From the NCBI GenBank assembly GCA_963843755.1, contig CAWJLS010000010.1:289067-353066 (forward strand): DNA of 64,000 nucleotides, written 5' to 3'. The stretch comes from an uncultured Acidobacteriota bacterium. Its GTDB lineage: Bacteria; Acidobacteriota; Thermoanaerobaculia; Multivoradales; DATKCC01. Made by a program: the position numbers and the translations under genes. The notes beneath the pieces were generated by a model. It saw nothing but the letters and a program-made list of their open reading frames with translations, was not told the DNA's origin and searched no databases. This document shows, piece by piece, positions 26,796 through 35,048 of this stretch (positions within the stretch are counted from its first letter, which is position 1; each line of letters starts with the position of its first letter).

Positions 26796-27374
26796 TGGTG
26801 CAGCTTGGAGAGTCCCGTCCGGAGCCGGGCCGCCTCCGCTGAGAAGTCGCGCAGGGGGCACCGGGGTTCCTTCGGCGGGAGGTTCGCCGGGAGCGGTCCA
26901 GGAGGCGACGGCTCCGGGACGCCGCGCGAACTGGACGGGGTTGGGAGCTCAACGCGCGTCTCGACATGGTCCGCGTCGGGCCTCGATGAGCGCTCAGATG
27001 CCGTCGCGGACGCGGCCCATGACGCCCTCCACCGGCGCCTCCCGGACCGCTCCGGGTTGGAGCGCTCGTCGAGGTGGTGCAGCGCTGCTGGGGACAGAAT
27101 CGGGGCTCACTCTGCGGCGAGTCGCGTCTGGACCACCCGTTACGTAGCGTTTGTGGAGAAGGCGACGTTCTGTCCGGGTCCGAGACCGTCCCTTGGTCTG
27201 CCTGGGCTCAACCCGAGCGCACTCTGTGCGGAATTCGTCACCGAGCTCCGGTCCGCTTCGGAGGGACCCTCGGAGCTGCTGGCCCAAGTGTGCGCTCGTT
27301 CCAGGGGTCGACGAGCGGCGCGGCCCTGAGACGGAGTCAGGCTCTCGAGGCAAAGGTAGACTTCGGATCGATCC

Positions 27375-27635
27375 ATGGGTGCGAAGAGTCAACGAGAGAT
27401 CACCTCGCGGGTGATCCGGCCTGGCCAACGAGAGCCGCCCGACGAGCTCGACTGGCTCGACGCCACGCCGGCGGAGAGGATGGAGGCGGTCTGGACGTTG
27501 ACCAAGGCGTGTATCGGGTGGGGTAGTGAGGGAGTAGCGGAGCCCCGGCTCGACCGGTCAGTCAGCCGCGTTCTGCGCCCGGAGGGCGCCGTGGGGCACG
27601 GTGAGGAAGACAGAGCGTGGTCCGCCGATTCATAG
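27375..27635 (+). pseudogene. possible remnant of a small conserved protein of the type found next to or fused with nucleotidyltransferase (AbiEii-like) genes
   Basis: WLDATPAERMEAVWTLTKACIGWG....EPRLDRSVSRVLR resembles, from memory, a family ending ...RLQRSVVRV.RR that precedes NTase domains. No NTase follows here and the ORF ends in non-homologous sequence. Weak call. Confidence 0.3.
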
Positions 27636-27766
27636 GCTAAATGATCGGCTCAATCGTCCTGGCACGCTGCGTGTGCCGAAAATGTACGGTCCGTGGTTGG
27701 GGCAGGTTGTTCTGGCCGCCGGCTCTGGCCGGGTCGGGTAGCCAGCCCGTGCCGGCCGATCAGCCT

Positions 27767-28093
27767 TCAGTGGGCTTCGAGGCCGAGCGCGAAGCGGAGC
27801 GCGTCTTCGGCGGCGCCGAGCTTCCGGGGCGTCAGCGCGGTGATCCGTCGCTCGAGGGTCGCTTGCGGGATGGTGGTGATGGAGTCCAGGTTGGCGACGC
27901 AAGGCTTGGGCAGGCCGTCATCCGGTCCAAGGGGGACCTCGACCGGGATGTGGCGAATCTTGGTGGTCACCGGGGCGACGGTGCAGAGGTTGCGGACCGA
28001 GTAGGCCTCGTCTCGGGAGAGGAGGAGCACGGGGCGCCTGCCGATCGGCGAGGGGAGGTTGGCCCACCAGACTTCGCCGCGCCTCACTCCCAC
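27767..28093 (-). CDS. mazF: type II toxin, MazF/PemK-family mRNA interferase
   Basis: RRGEVWWANLPSPIGRRPVLLLSRD...VAPVTTKIR...PCVANLDSITTI, the PemK/MazF fold signature. Confidence 0.85.
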   Translation of the reverse strand: MGVRRGEVWWANLPSPIGRRPVLLLSRDEAYSVRNLCTVAPVTTKIRHIPVEVPLGPDDGLPKPCVANLDSITTIPQATLERRITALTPRKLGAAEDALRFALGLEAH

Positions 28094-28350
28094 TCCTCGT
28101 CAGCGTCGAAGGCTCCAGTCTCCGTCACCTCGGCAGCGGCGACCTCGTACTCGCTCTCGGGCTCCGCTATGTAGCCCGTGACGTAGCTGTCGACGGCTGT
28201 TTCGTAGCGTTGCTTCTCGAAGAGGGTCTCGAGCGCGCGACGAAAGAGCTCGCTTCGGCTCTCGCCCCGTCCTTTGCGCTCCACCTCCGCCTGCTCGAGA
28301 AGCTCCACCGGAAGGCTGATCGTGATCCGGGCGATCTTACGGTCGGTCAT
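28084..28350 (-). CDS. ribbon-helix-helix (CopG/MazE-like) antitoxin
   Basis: MTDRKIARITISLPVELLEQAE...RSELFRRALETL. ATG 28350 has GGAG 8 nt upstream. It overlaps the toxin start by 10 nt. Confidence 0.8.
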   Translation of the reverse strand: MTDRKIARITISLPVELLEQAEVERKGRGESRSELFRRALETLFEKQRYETAVDSYVTGYIAEPESEYEVAAAEVTETGAFDADEEWE

Positions 28351-28401
28351 GAGTGTGACTCCGTTCACGCGACGATCATACCAAAGTATGCAGACACCGC
28401 T

Positions 28402-29400
28402 TCACTCGATGTCGATCACGACCTTGCCGACGGCCTGACCGCTTTCGAGCAGGCGGTGAGCGTCGGCGGTCTGGGCGAGGGTGAAGCGGTGGGGGTCGAG
28501 GAGGGGGCGGAGGCGTTCGGTGGCGACGAGGGCGTTGGCGTGGCGGAGGATCTCGCCGTGGTGGGCGCGGCCCTGGTTGTGGATCATCGGCAGGAGCATG
28601 AGGACGATGTGGAGGGTGAGGCCCTTGGTCATCGCCGGGCCCAGGTCGTAGCTCTGCCGGGTGACGATGGAGACGACTTCGGCGTGGAGCGCGGCGGCTT
28701 CGATGGCGCGGTCGAGGTTGTCGCCGCCGACCGAGTCGAAGACCACGTCGAAGCCGGCGCCGCCGGTGATCCGCTCGACGAACGCGGCCGGCGGCTCGTG
28801 CCGGTAGTCGATCACCTCGTCGGCACCCAGCTCCCGGGCGATCCGGGCCTTTTCGGGGGAGGAGGCGGTGGTGGCGACGAGGGTCGCGTCGTCGCCGTGG
28901 GCTTTGGCGAGCTGGAGGGCGACGTGGCCGACGCCGCCGGTCCCGGCGTAGACCAGGACCCGCCGGCCGGCGAGGGTGCGCACCCGGTCGATCAGGCCGT
29001 CCCAGGCGGTGATGGCGACCAGGGGGAGCGCCGCCGCCTCACGGAACGAGAGCAGCTCCGGCTTGGGCGCCAGCAAGCGGGCGTCGGCGACCATGCGCTC
29101 GGCCAGGGAGCCCGGGATGCCGCGCAGTCCGCCCGCGCAGCCGTAGACCGTGTCGCCGGGGCGGAAGGCGGCGACCCCGGAGCCGACCTCCTCGACTGTG
29201 CCGGCGACGTCCATGCCGAGGATGCCGGGCAGCTCCGGTGCGATGGGCGAGCCGTTCCGGCGGAACTTGGTGTCGACCGGATTGACGCCGCTGGCGGCGA
29301 CGCGGATCAGCACCTCTCCCGGTCCGGGCGACGGATCGGGCAGGTCGCGGAGCGCGAAGTGGTCGGGCTCTCCGAACTGGGTCAGGACCATGGCTTTCAT
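28402..29400 (-). CDS. zinc-type alcohol dehydrogenase / quinone oxidoreductase (MDR superfamily)
   Basis: MKAMVLTQFGEPD...GEVLIRVAASGVNPVDTK...VYAGTGGVGHVALQLAK...GKVVIDI. The upstream 72 codons of the ORF track entry are unlikely to be real. Confidence 0.9.
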   Translation of the reverse strand: MKAMVLTQFGEPDHFALRDLPDPSPGPGEVLIRVAASGVNPVDTKFRRNGSPIAPELPGILGMDVAGTVEEVGSGVAAFRPGDTVYGCAGGLRGIPGSLAERMVADARLLAPKPELLSFREAAALPLVAITAWDGLIDRVRTLAGRRVLVYAGTGGVGHVALQLAKAHGDDATLVATTASSPEKARIARELGADEVIDYRHEPPAAFVERITGGAGFDVVFDSVGGDNLDRAIEAAALHAEVVSIVTRQSYDLGPAMTKGLTLHIVLMLLPMIHNQGRAHHGEILRHANALVATERLRPLLDPHRFTLAQTADAHRLLESGQAVGKVVIDIE

Positions 29401-29665
29401 GGGGCGGTCTCCTTCGCTGGGTGGTCGGTTGGGTCGGTGCGGGCGGTTCAGCGAGATCGTCGCCTGCTCTGACGGTACGGAGCAAGATCGGTGCCCCTGT
29501 CGGGGTAAGAGCCGGGCCGAGCCCGCTGAGATTCCGCCCACGCCCGTGCGACCCCGGCCGCCGTTTCCGTCCTCCCAGGTGGAGGCCTCCGGAGGGAGCC
29601 GGGGGCTTTCGGCCAAGGCTTGGGAAGGCCGACGGAGCGACTGCCACGACGACGGGAGGACGGAG

Positions 29666-30412
29666 ATGATCGAAACGACGGAGAGAGCGCAGGAGGCGAC
29701 GGATGGGGTGGAGAAGGCGGAGAAGGCGGAGGGGGTGGCCGGGTCCGGCTGCCCTTGCTGCCGCGAGCTGGAGGAGCCGGACGACGACGGAACGCCGGTC
29801 GCCGAGAAGGAGCGCCGGCTGCTCGAGGACGAGGACTGGGACGGCCTGATCGCCCTGCGGCGGCGCCAGCTCGCCCGTCATCCCGGCGAGCCCCACTGCA
29901 TCCTGCGCCTGGCGGACTCCCTCGCCGCCGCCGGCGACTACGAGACCAGCCTGGCGGTGGCCGGCGACGGCTACCGCGACCACCCGGGCGACCTCTGGCT
30001 GGAGGACGCGATCCTCGAGGCCCTGCTCGCCCTCGGCCGGAGCGAGCACGACTTCCCCTGGTACGGCGACCCGCCGCCCGTGCTGCGCTTGGACGACGCG
30101 TTGAGGGAGCGGGTCCGGAAGCTGGTGGCGGCGCACCAGGAGGAGCACGACGAGCCGTCGGACCCGTACCTGCTCTACCACGGGCTCGAGGGCGAGGCGT
30201 ACCTGGCGTTCACTCCCGGGGAGCTGATCGAGGCGCTCCGGGCCGATCCGGCGTTGGTCGTCGACGAGGATCCGGAGGCGCGCTGGCACACGTGGGTGGT
30301 GCCGGCGTCGGGCGCTTCGCCACGGACGGGGTTGACGGCGGAGGCGGCGGTAGCGGCAGAGGCGGCAGTGGCGGCCGAGACCGCGCGGACGATGGAGACG
30401 GAGCGGGCGTGA
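29666..30412 (+). CDS. hypothetical protein (acidic, helical-repeat-like)
   Basis: ATG 29666 follows GGGAGGACGGAG. Good GC3 bias. There is a CPCC motif near the N-terminus. No family recognised. Confidence 0.6.
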   Translation: MIETTERAQEATDGVEKAEKAEGVAGSGCPCCRELEEPDDDGTPVAEKERRLLEDEDWDGLIALRRRQLARHPGEPHCILRLADSLAAAGDYETSLAVAGDGYRDHPGDLWLEDAILEALLALGRSEHDFPWYGDPPPVLRLDDALRERVRKLVAAHQEEHDEPSDPYLLYHGLEGEAYLAFTPGELIEALRADPALVVDEDPEARWHTWVVPASGASPRTGLTAEAAVAAEAAVAAETARTMETERA

Positions 30413-30439
30413 CCGGGCGGGTCGCGCGGCAGGCTCGCG

Positions 30440-31810
30440 TCAGGCGGCGGGCTCGCGGGCCGCGGCGGCGGCCCGCTGCCAGTAGTAGAGCGGCAGGCCG
30501 GCGGCCAGGGCGATGGCGCCGGCCGCGAGCTGGAAGGGGGTCGCCTCGAGCAGCAGGGCGGCGGTGAGGGCGAGGGCGAGGAGCGGGACGAGGGGACCGC
30601 CTGGGGTCCGGTAGCGATCGGTCCGCTCGCCGGGATCGCGTCGCCGCAGGACCAGGACCGCCAGGCAGGTGGGCAGGTACTGCAGGAGCCGCCCGATGAC
30701 GGCCAGGGCCGCCAGCTCGGCGAAGGAGCCGGACAGGGCGATCACGCCGACCAGGAGATAGGTCACCGCCAGGGCGACGCCGGGCGTGCCGCGGCGCGGG
30801 TGCAGCCGGCCGAGCACCGGCGGGAGGTCGCCGCGGTCGGCGAGCGCCGACAACCGGCGCGGCATGATGAGCGCGCTCGCCGCGTTGACGCCGGTGATCG
30901 AGATCACGACCGCGATCGCGACCAGCGCCCCGCCGACCGGTCCGAAGAGGATTCCCGCCGCCGCGGCGACGGCGTTCTCCCGTCCGGCCAGCTCGGGAAG
31001 GGCGGCGGCGACCACGGCGATGACGCCGCTGTAGAGGACGGTGACCGTCGCCAGCACGCCGAGGATCGAGCGGGGCAGCGAGCGCTCGGGACGGTCCATC
31101 TCGCCGGCCGGCACCACCAGGTTCTCGAAACCGACGTAGGCGTAGAGCATCAGCAGGACGGCCCGGGAGAAGGCCGGGAGCGACGGCAGCGCGGCGCCGA
31201 TCCCTTCCGCGGCCGGCGGCGCGAACGATCCGAGCGGCACGAGCGCCAGCCCGGCGGCGGCGAAGGCCACCAGCGTGGCCAGCTTGACCCCGCTCAGGGC
31301 GGTCGAGAGGGCGCCTCCGGCCCGAGCGCTCCGCAGGTTGAGCCAGGCCAGGGCGCCCAGGAAGAGGACGATGGTCACCCGGTGGCCGACGCCGGACGCG
31401 ACCGCGGGAACGAGGCGTCCGAGGGCGACGGCGAACCCCTCGACCAGCGCGCCCCAGGCGACGATTCCGGCGAGCACCGAGATCCACCCGACCGCGAACC
31501 CCGTGAGCGGGCCGAACGCCTCCCGGGTGTAGACGTAGGCGCCGCCGGTCGAGCGGAAACGGGAGGCCGCCTCGGCGAAGCAGAGGGCGACCAGGCATGC
31601 CAACACGCCGGCGCCGACCGCCACCGCCACGGTGGCGAGCGGCCCCGCGCCTCCCGCCGGCCCGCCGGTCCGGGAGACCAGGCGTCCGGCCACCGGCCCG
31701 GGCAGCAGAAAGATGCCGGAGCCGACGACGCAGTTGACGGCCAGGGCCGCCACGGCGAGGCGCCCCAGCGAGCGGGGGGGCTCCGGCACCTCCGTCGTAC
31801 GGTTTCGCAC
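30440..31810 (-). CDS. APC-superfamily amino acid/polyamine permease
   Basis: About 12 hydrophobic segments. Motifs AVNCVVGSGIFLLPG, FAEAASRF...GGAYVYT and MLYAYVGFENLVVPAGEM. The start is uncertain (GTG 31810 proposed). The ORF-track start at 32011 adds a basic, non-membrane leader. Confidence 0.85.
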   Translation of the reverse strand: MRNRTTEVPEPPRSLGRLAVAALAVNCVVGSGIFLLPGPVAGRLVSRTGGPAGGAGPLATVAVAVGAGVLACLVALCFAEAASRFRSTGGAYVYTREAFGPLTGFAVGWISVLAGIVAWGALVEGFAVALGRLVPAVASGVGHRVTIVLFLGALAWLNLRSARAGGALSTALSGVKLATLVAFAAAGLALVPLGSFAPPAAEGIGAALPSLPAFSRAVLLMLYAYVGFENLVVPAGEMDRPERSLPRSILGVLATVTVLYSGVIAVVAAALPELAGRENAVAAAAGILFGPVGGALVAIAVVISITGVNAASALIMPRRLSALADRGDLPPVLGRLHPRRGTPGVALAVTYLLVGVIALSGSFAELAALAVIGRLLQYLPTCLAVLVLRRRDPGERTDRYRTPGGPLVPLLALALTAALLLEATPFQLAAGAIALAAGLPLYYWQRAAAAAREPAA

Positions 31811-32197
31811 AACACCGGGGTGCCCGTCGCCCCACGACCGTGACAGGATGATCGGGCGGATCGCTCTCGGGTTCTTCCGGAGTTTCTTGCGAGCGGTTTT
31901 TCGCAATGTAGCTTGTGTTCTTCCTTGGGGCTCGACGTGTCGTCTATCGATCGTCTGCGGGCGCCCGATTCTGATGGATTCTGATCGAAACGGATCGGGC
32001 GTTCGCCGCACTCACGGGCGACGGCGCGGCGACCGGTCGAAGCGCGGCCGGGGGAGTCGGGTGAGGGATTTTCCGTGCGGTGGGCGTCCGTATCCCGTCG
32101 CCGACCCGATGTCGGCGGCCGGACGGTTCGCCGACGGTCTCATCAGACCGTCTCGTGTAGAGTATGGGTCTTTCACGGATCGATAGGAGACGATGGC

Positions 32198-32452
32198 ATG
32201 GATGCCACCGAAGTCGCAGCAAAGGTTAAGGAAATCATCAATAATGTGACTAGTATCCCCGTCGACGAGATCGACGACGGGGCGTCGCTCCGGGACGACC
32301 TGGACCTCGACTCCTTGTCGCTGATGGAGATCGGCGTGGATATCGACTACGCCTTCAAGCTCGGTCTCCCGGACGAGACGCTGCAGAAGATCGGCACCGT
32401 GCAGGACGCGGTCGCGCTGGTCCTCGAACACCAGGCCGTCCGCACGGCATGA
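32198..32452 (+). CDS. acyl carrier protein
   Basis: 84 aa with LRDDLDLDSLSLMEIGVDID (DSL phosphopantetheine site). RBS AGGAGA upstream. Its stop overlaps the next ATG (ATGA). Confidence 0.9.
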   Translation: MDATEVAAKVKEIINNVTSIPVDEIDDGASLRDDLDLDSLSLMEIGVDIDYAFKLGLPDETLQKIGTVQDAVALVLEHQAVRTA

Positions 32453-33711
32453 GCATCGGCGCTGGCCCCGGCTCCCCTGTCGGGAGTCGGGTCGTGGTCA
32501 CCGGGATCGGCGCGGTCACGCCGGTCGGATCCGGGCGCGAGACCGTCTGGGAACGGCTTCTCGCGGGAACCTGCGGAACCGGGCCGGTCGAGTCGTTCGA
32601 CACCTCCGACTACCCCGTGCACCAGGGCGGCGAGGTGCGCGGTTTTCGGCCCGAGCGGCACGTGGTCGCCCTCGACCCGTCCAGCCTCGGGCGCGCCTCC
32701 CAGCTCGCGATCGCCGCGGCGCACATGGCGCTCGACGACGCGGGGCCGGAGGTGCTCGCCGCCGCGGCGGAGCGCTGTGGGGTCGCCATGGGGACCACGT
32801 CCGGCGAGCCGCGGGAGATCGAGGCGCTGGACGACGACCTGGTCGCCGAGCGCCTGGGCTCCGCCGGCCCCGGGTTCATCGCCCGCTATCCCTGTCACGT
32901 GATCGCCGCCAACATCGCCGCGGAGCTGGGCTTTGCCGGAGTCAACGCCATGATCCCGACCGCCTGCGCGGCCGGCAACTACGCGATCGCCTATGCCGTC
33001 GACGCCTTGCGCGCCGGCCGCGCCGACCTGATGCTCGCCGGCGGGGCGGACTGCTTCAGCCGCATCACCTACACCGGCTTCGCGCGGTTGGGGGCGATCT
33101 CGCCCGATCTCTGCCGGCCGTTCGATCGCGACCGGCAGGGGATGATCCCGGGAGAGGGCGCGGCGGTGCTGGTGCTCGAGCGCCTCGAGCGGGCCCGCGC
33201 GCGCGGCGCCACGATCTACGCCGAGGTCGCCGGCTACGGGTTGACCTGCGATGCCCACCACATGACCGCGGCCGATCCGGAGGGAGCCGGCGGCGCCCGG
33301 GCGATGGAGCGGGCCCTGGCCGAGAGCGGTCTGCGCCCGGACGAGGTCTCCTACATCAGTGCCCACGGCACCGGGACGCCGACCAACGACCGGCAGGAGA
33401 CGATCGCCATGAAGCGGGTCTTCGGCGACGCCGCCCGCCGGGTGCCGATCAGCTCGGTCAAGTCGATGCTCGGCCACACCATGGGCGCGGCGTCGGCGAT
33501 CGAGGCGGCGGTCTGCTCGCTGGCGGTCCACACCGGGCGCATCCCGCCGACGATGCATCTCGAAACCCCGGACCCGGAGTGCGATCTCGACTACGTTCCG
33601 GGGACCGCGCGGGAGCTCTCGGTGGAGGTCGCCATGAACAACGCCTACGCGTTCGGCGGCAACAACGCGTCGGTGATCTTCCGGGCGGTCCACGAAGGGG
33701 GCGCGTCGTGA
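32449..33711 (+). CDS. beta-ketoacyl-ACP synthase (KS-alpha, FabF-like, catalytic triad intact)
   Basis: VVVTGIGAVTPVG, active-site IPTACAAGNYAI, SAHGTGTPTND, SMLGHTMGAAS, NNAYAFGGNNASVIF. Confidence 0.9.
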   Translation: MSIGAGPGSPVGSRVVVTGIGAVTPVGSGRETVWERLLAGTCGTGPVESFDTSDYPVHQGGEVRGFRPERHVVALDPSSLGRASQLAIAAAHMALDDAGPEVLAAAAERCGVAMGTTSGEPREIEALDDDLVAERLGSAGPGFIARYPCHVIAANIAAELGFAGVNAMIPTACAAGNYAIAYAVDALRAGRADLMLAGGADCFSRITYTGFARLGAISPDLCRPFDRDRQGMIPGEGAAVLVLERLERARARGATIYAEVAGYGLTCDAHHMTAADPEGAGGARAMERALAESGLRPDEVSYISAHGTGTPTNDRQETIAMKRVFGDAARRVPISSVKSMLGHTMGAASAIEAAVCSLAVHTGRIPPTMHLETPDPECDLDYVPGTARELSVEVAMNNAYAFGGNNASVIFRAVHEGGAS

Positions 33712-35048
33712 GCGGCGCGGCGACTCCGACGCGAGCCGCGGCCGGCGGCCGGCCCGTCGTCCCCGTCGTTGTCACCGGGCTGGGGGTGCTGACGGCCCTG
33801 GGAGCCACGGTCCCCGAGCTCTGGGGCGCCCTGGCGGCCGGCCGCTCCGGGATCTCGAAGATCGGTGGGTTCGACACGGCCGGCTTGCCCTGTCGCGTCG
33901 GCGGCGAGATCGTCGGCTTCGACCCGCGCGACACCCTGGGTCAGGCCAACTTCCGCCCCCTCGACCGGACGGGGCGGCTGGCCACGGTCGCCGCGGCGCT
34001 GACCCTGGCGGACGCCGGCTGGAACGGGGAGGAGCGGGGAGGGGCCGAGCTCGGCCTCGCCCTCGGCACCATGTTCGGCAGCGCCCACACGATCTCGGAG
34101 TTCGACCGGCGGGCGCTGGTGGCCGGGCCCAAGTACGCCAAGCCGCTCGATTTCGCCAACAGTGTGATCAACGCCGCCGCCGGCCAGGCGGCCATCTGGC
34201 ACCGGCTGACCGGGGTCAACGGCACGATCAGCGGCGGCACTACGGCCGGCGTCCAGGCGATCGCCTACGCGGCCGACCTGGTGGCCGCCGGGCGGGCCGA
34301 CGCGGTCCTGGCCGGCGGCGCCGACGAGCTCTGCTTCGAGTCGTTCCTCGGCTTCGTTCGCGGCGGGTTCGCCGCCGACATCGACGACATCGGCGGCGAG
34401 CACGGCAAGAGCGGGAGCGACGGCTTTGGGGGCGGGGCAGCGGTTCCGTTCCATCTCCGCCGGCGCGGCTTCCTGCCGGCGGAGGGGGCGGCGCTCCTGA
34501 TGCTCGAGACCGAGCCGGCGGCGCGCGCCCGCGGTGCCCGCATCCTGGCCGAGGTGCTGGGGCACGCCACCGCCTTCGACCCGTCCCGCGGGGCGGACCC
34601 GGAGCGAACCGCGGCGACGGTGGAGCGGGTGGTGCGCCAGGCGCTCGGCGACGCCGGGATCGAGCCCGGCGGCGTCGCCTGCTGGAGCGCCTCGGCCAGC
34701 GGCCGGCCTACCGGCGACCGGGCCGAGGCGGCGGGTGTCGCGGCGGCCCTCGGCGGGCGCGCCGCGGAGCTGCCGGTGACCGCCGTCAAGGCCTGCCTCG
34801 GGGAGGCGCTGGGCGCCTCCGGGGCGCTCCAGACGGTGGCGGCGCTGGGCGCCCTGGCGGCCGGCGAGGCTCCCGGTATCCCGGGCCTCGACGCCACGGA
34901 CGACGGCTTCCCGTTCCCCCTGGCGGGTCCGGAGGCACGGCCGGTCGACGCCCGCGGCGCGGCCCTGGTGACCGCGATCGGGCTGGACGGCAACGTCAGC
35001 GCCCTGGTGATCGCCGGGCGCAAGGATCTGGAAAGGTCGGCGTCATGA
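33708..35048 (+). CDS. KS-beta / chain-length-factor-like ketosynthase paralog lacking the Cys-His-His triad
   Basis: GTG start overlaps the KS-alpha stop (GTGA). It aligns to KS-alpha but has SGGTTAGVQ for TACAAGNY (Cys to Thr), SASASGRPTGD for SAHGTGTPTND (His to Ser) and ACLGEALGASG for SMLGHTMGAAS (His to Glu). Confidence 0.85.
   Translation: MSGAATPTRAAAGGRPVVPVVVTGLGVLTALGATVPELWGALAAGRSGISKIGGFDTAGLPCRVGGEIVGFDPRDTLGQANFRPLDRTGRLATVAAALTLADAGWNGEERGGAELGLALGTMFGSAHTISEFDRRALVAGPKYAKPLDFANSVINAAAGQAAIWHRLTGVNGTISGGTTAGVQAIAYAADLVAAGRADAVLAGGADELCFESFLGFVRGGFAADIDDIGGEHGKSGSDGFGGGAAVPFHLRRRGFLPAEGAALLMLETEPAARARGARILAEVLGHATAFDPSRGADPERTAATVERVVRQALGDAGIEPGGVACWSASASGRPTGDRAEAAGVAAALGGRAAELPVTAVKACLGEALGASGALQTVAALGALAAGEAPGIPGLDATDDGFPFPLAGPEARPVDARGAALVTAIGLDGNVSALVIAGRKDLERSAS

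Noticed and set aside
26094-27329. 411-aa plus-strand ORF spanning rnfA and the downstream region
   Set aside because: Up to 26600 it is an alternate frame of rnfA. Beyond about 26750 there is no coding character. Only the short stretch from ATG 26601 is kept, as a speculative small ORF.
26640-27375. Possible housekeeping RNA gene (RNase P RNA, tmRNA, SRP RNA) in the 0.75-kb non-coding gap
   Set aside because: acagaatcggggctcac (about 27095-27111) superficially resembles the RNase P ACAGAA.CCGGCUUA region. The other universally conserved blocks are absent on both strands: GGAAAGUCCGGGC, GGUAAGAGC, the tmRNA GGGGCUGA...tRNA-like 3' end, and the SRP GGAAGCAGCC block.
26994-27428. 144-aa minus-strand ORF, plus small ORFs 27074-27526, 27140-27376 and 27151-27414
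   Set aside because: They have Arg/Ser/Pro-rich translations, no GC3 skew, no RBS and no motifs. They were treated as non-coding.
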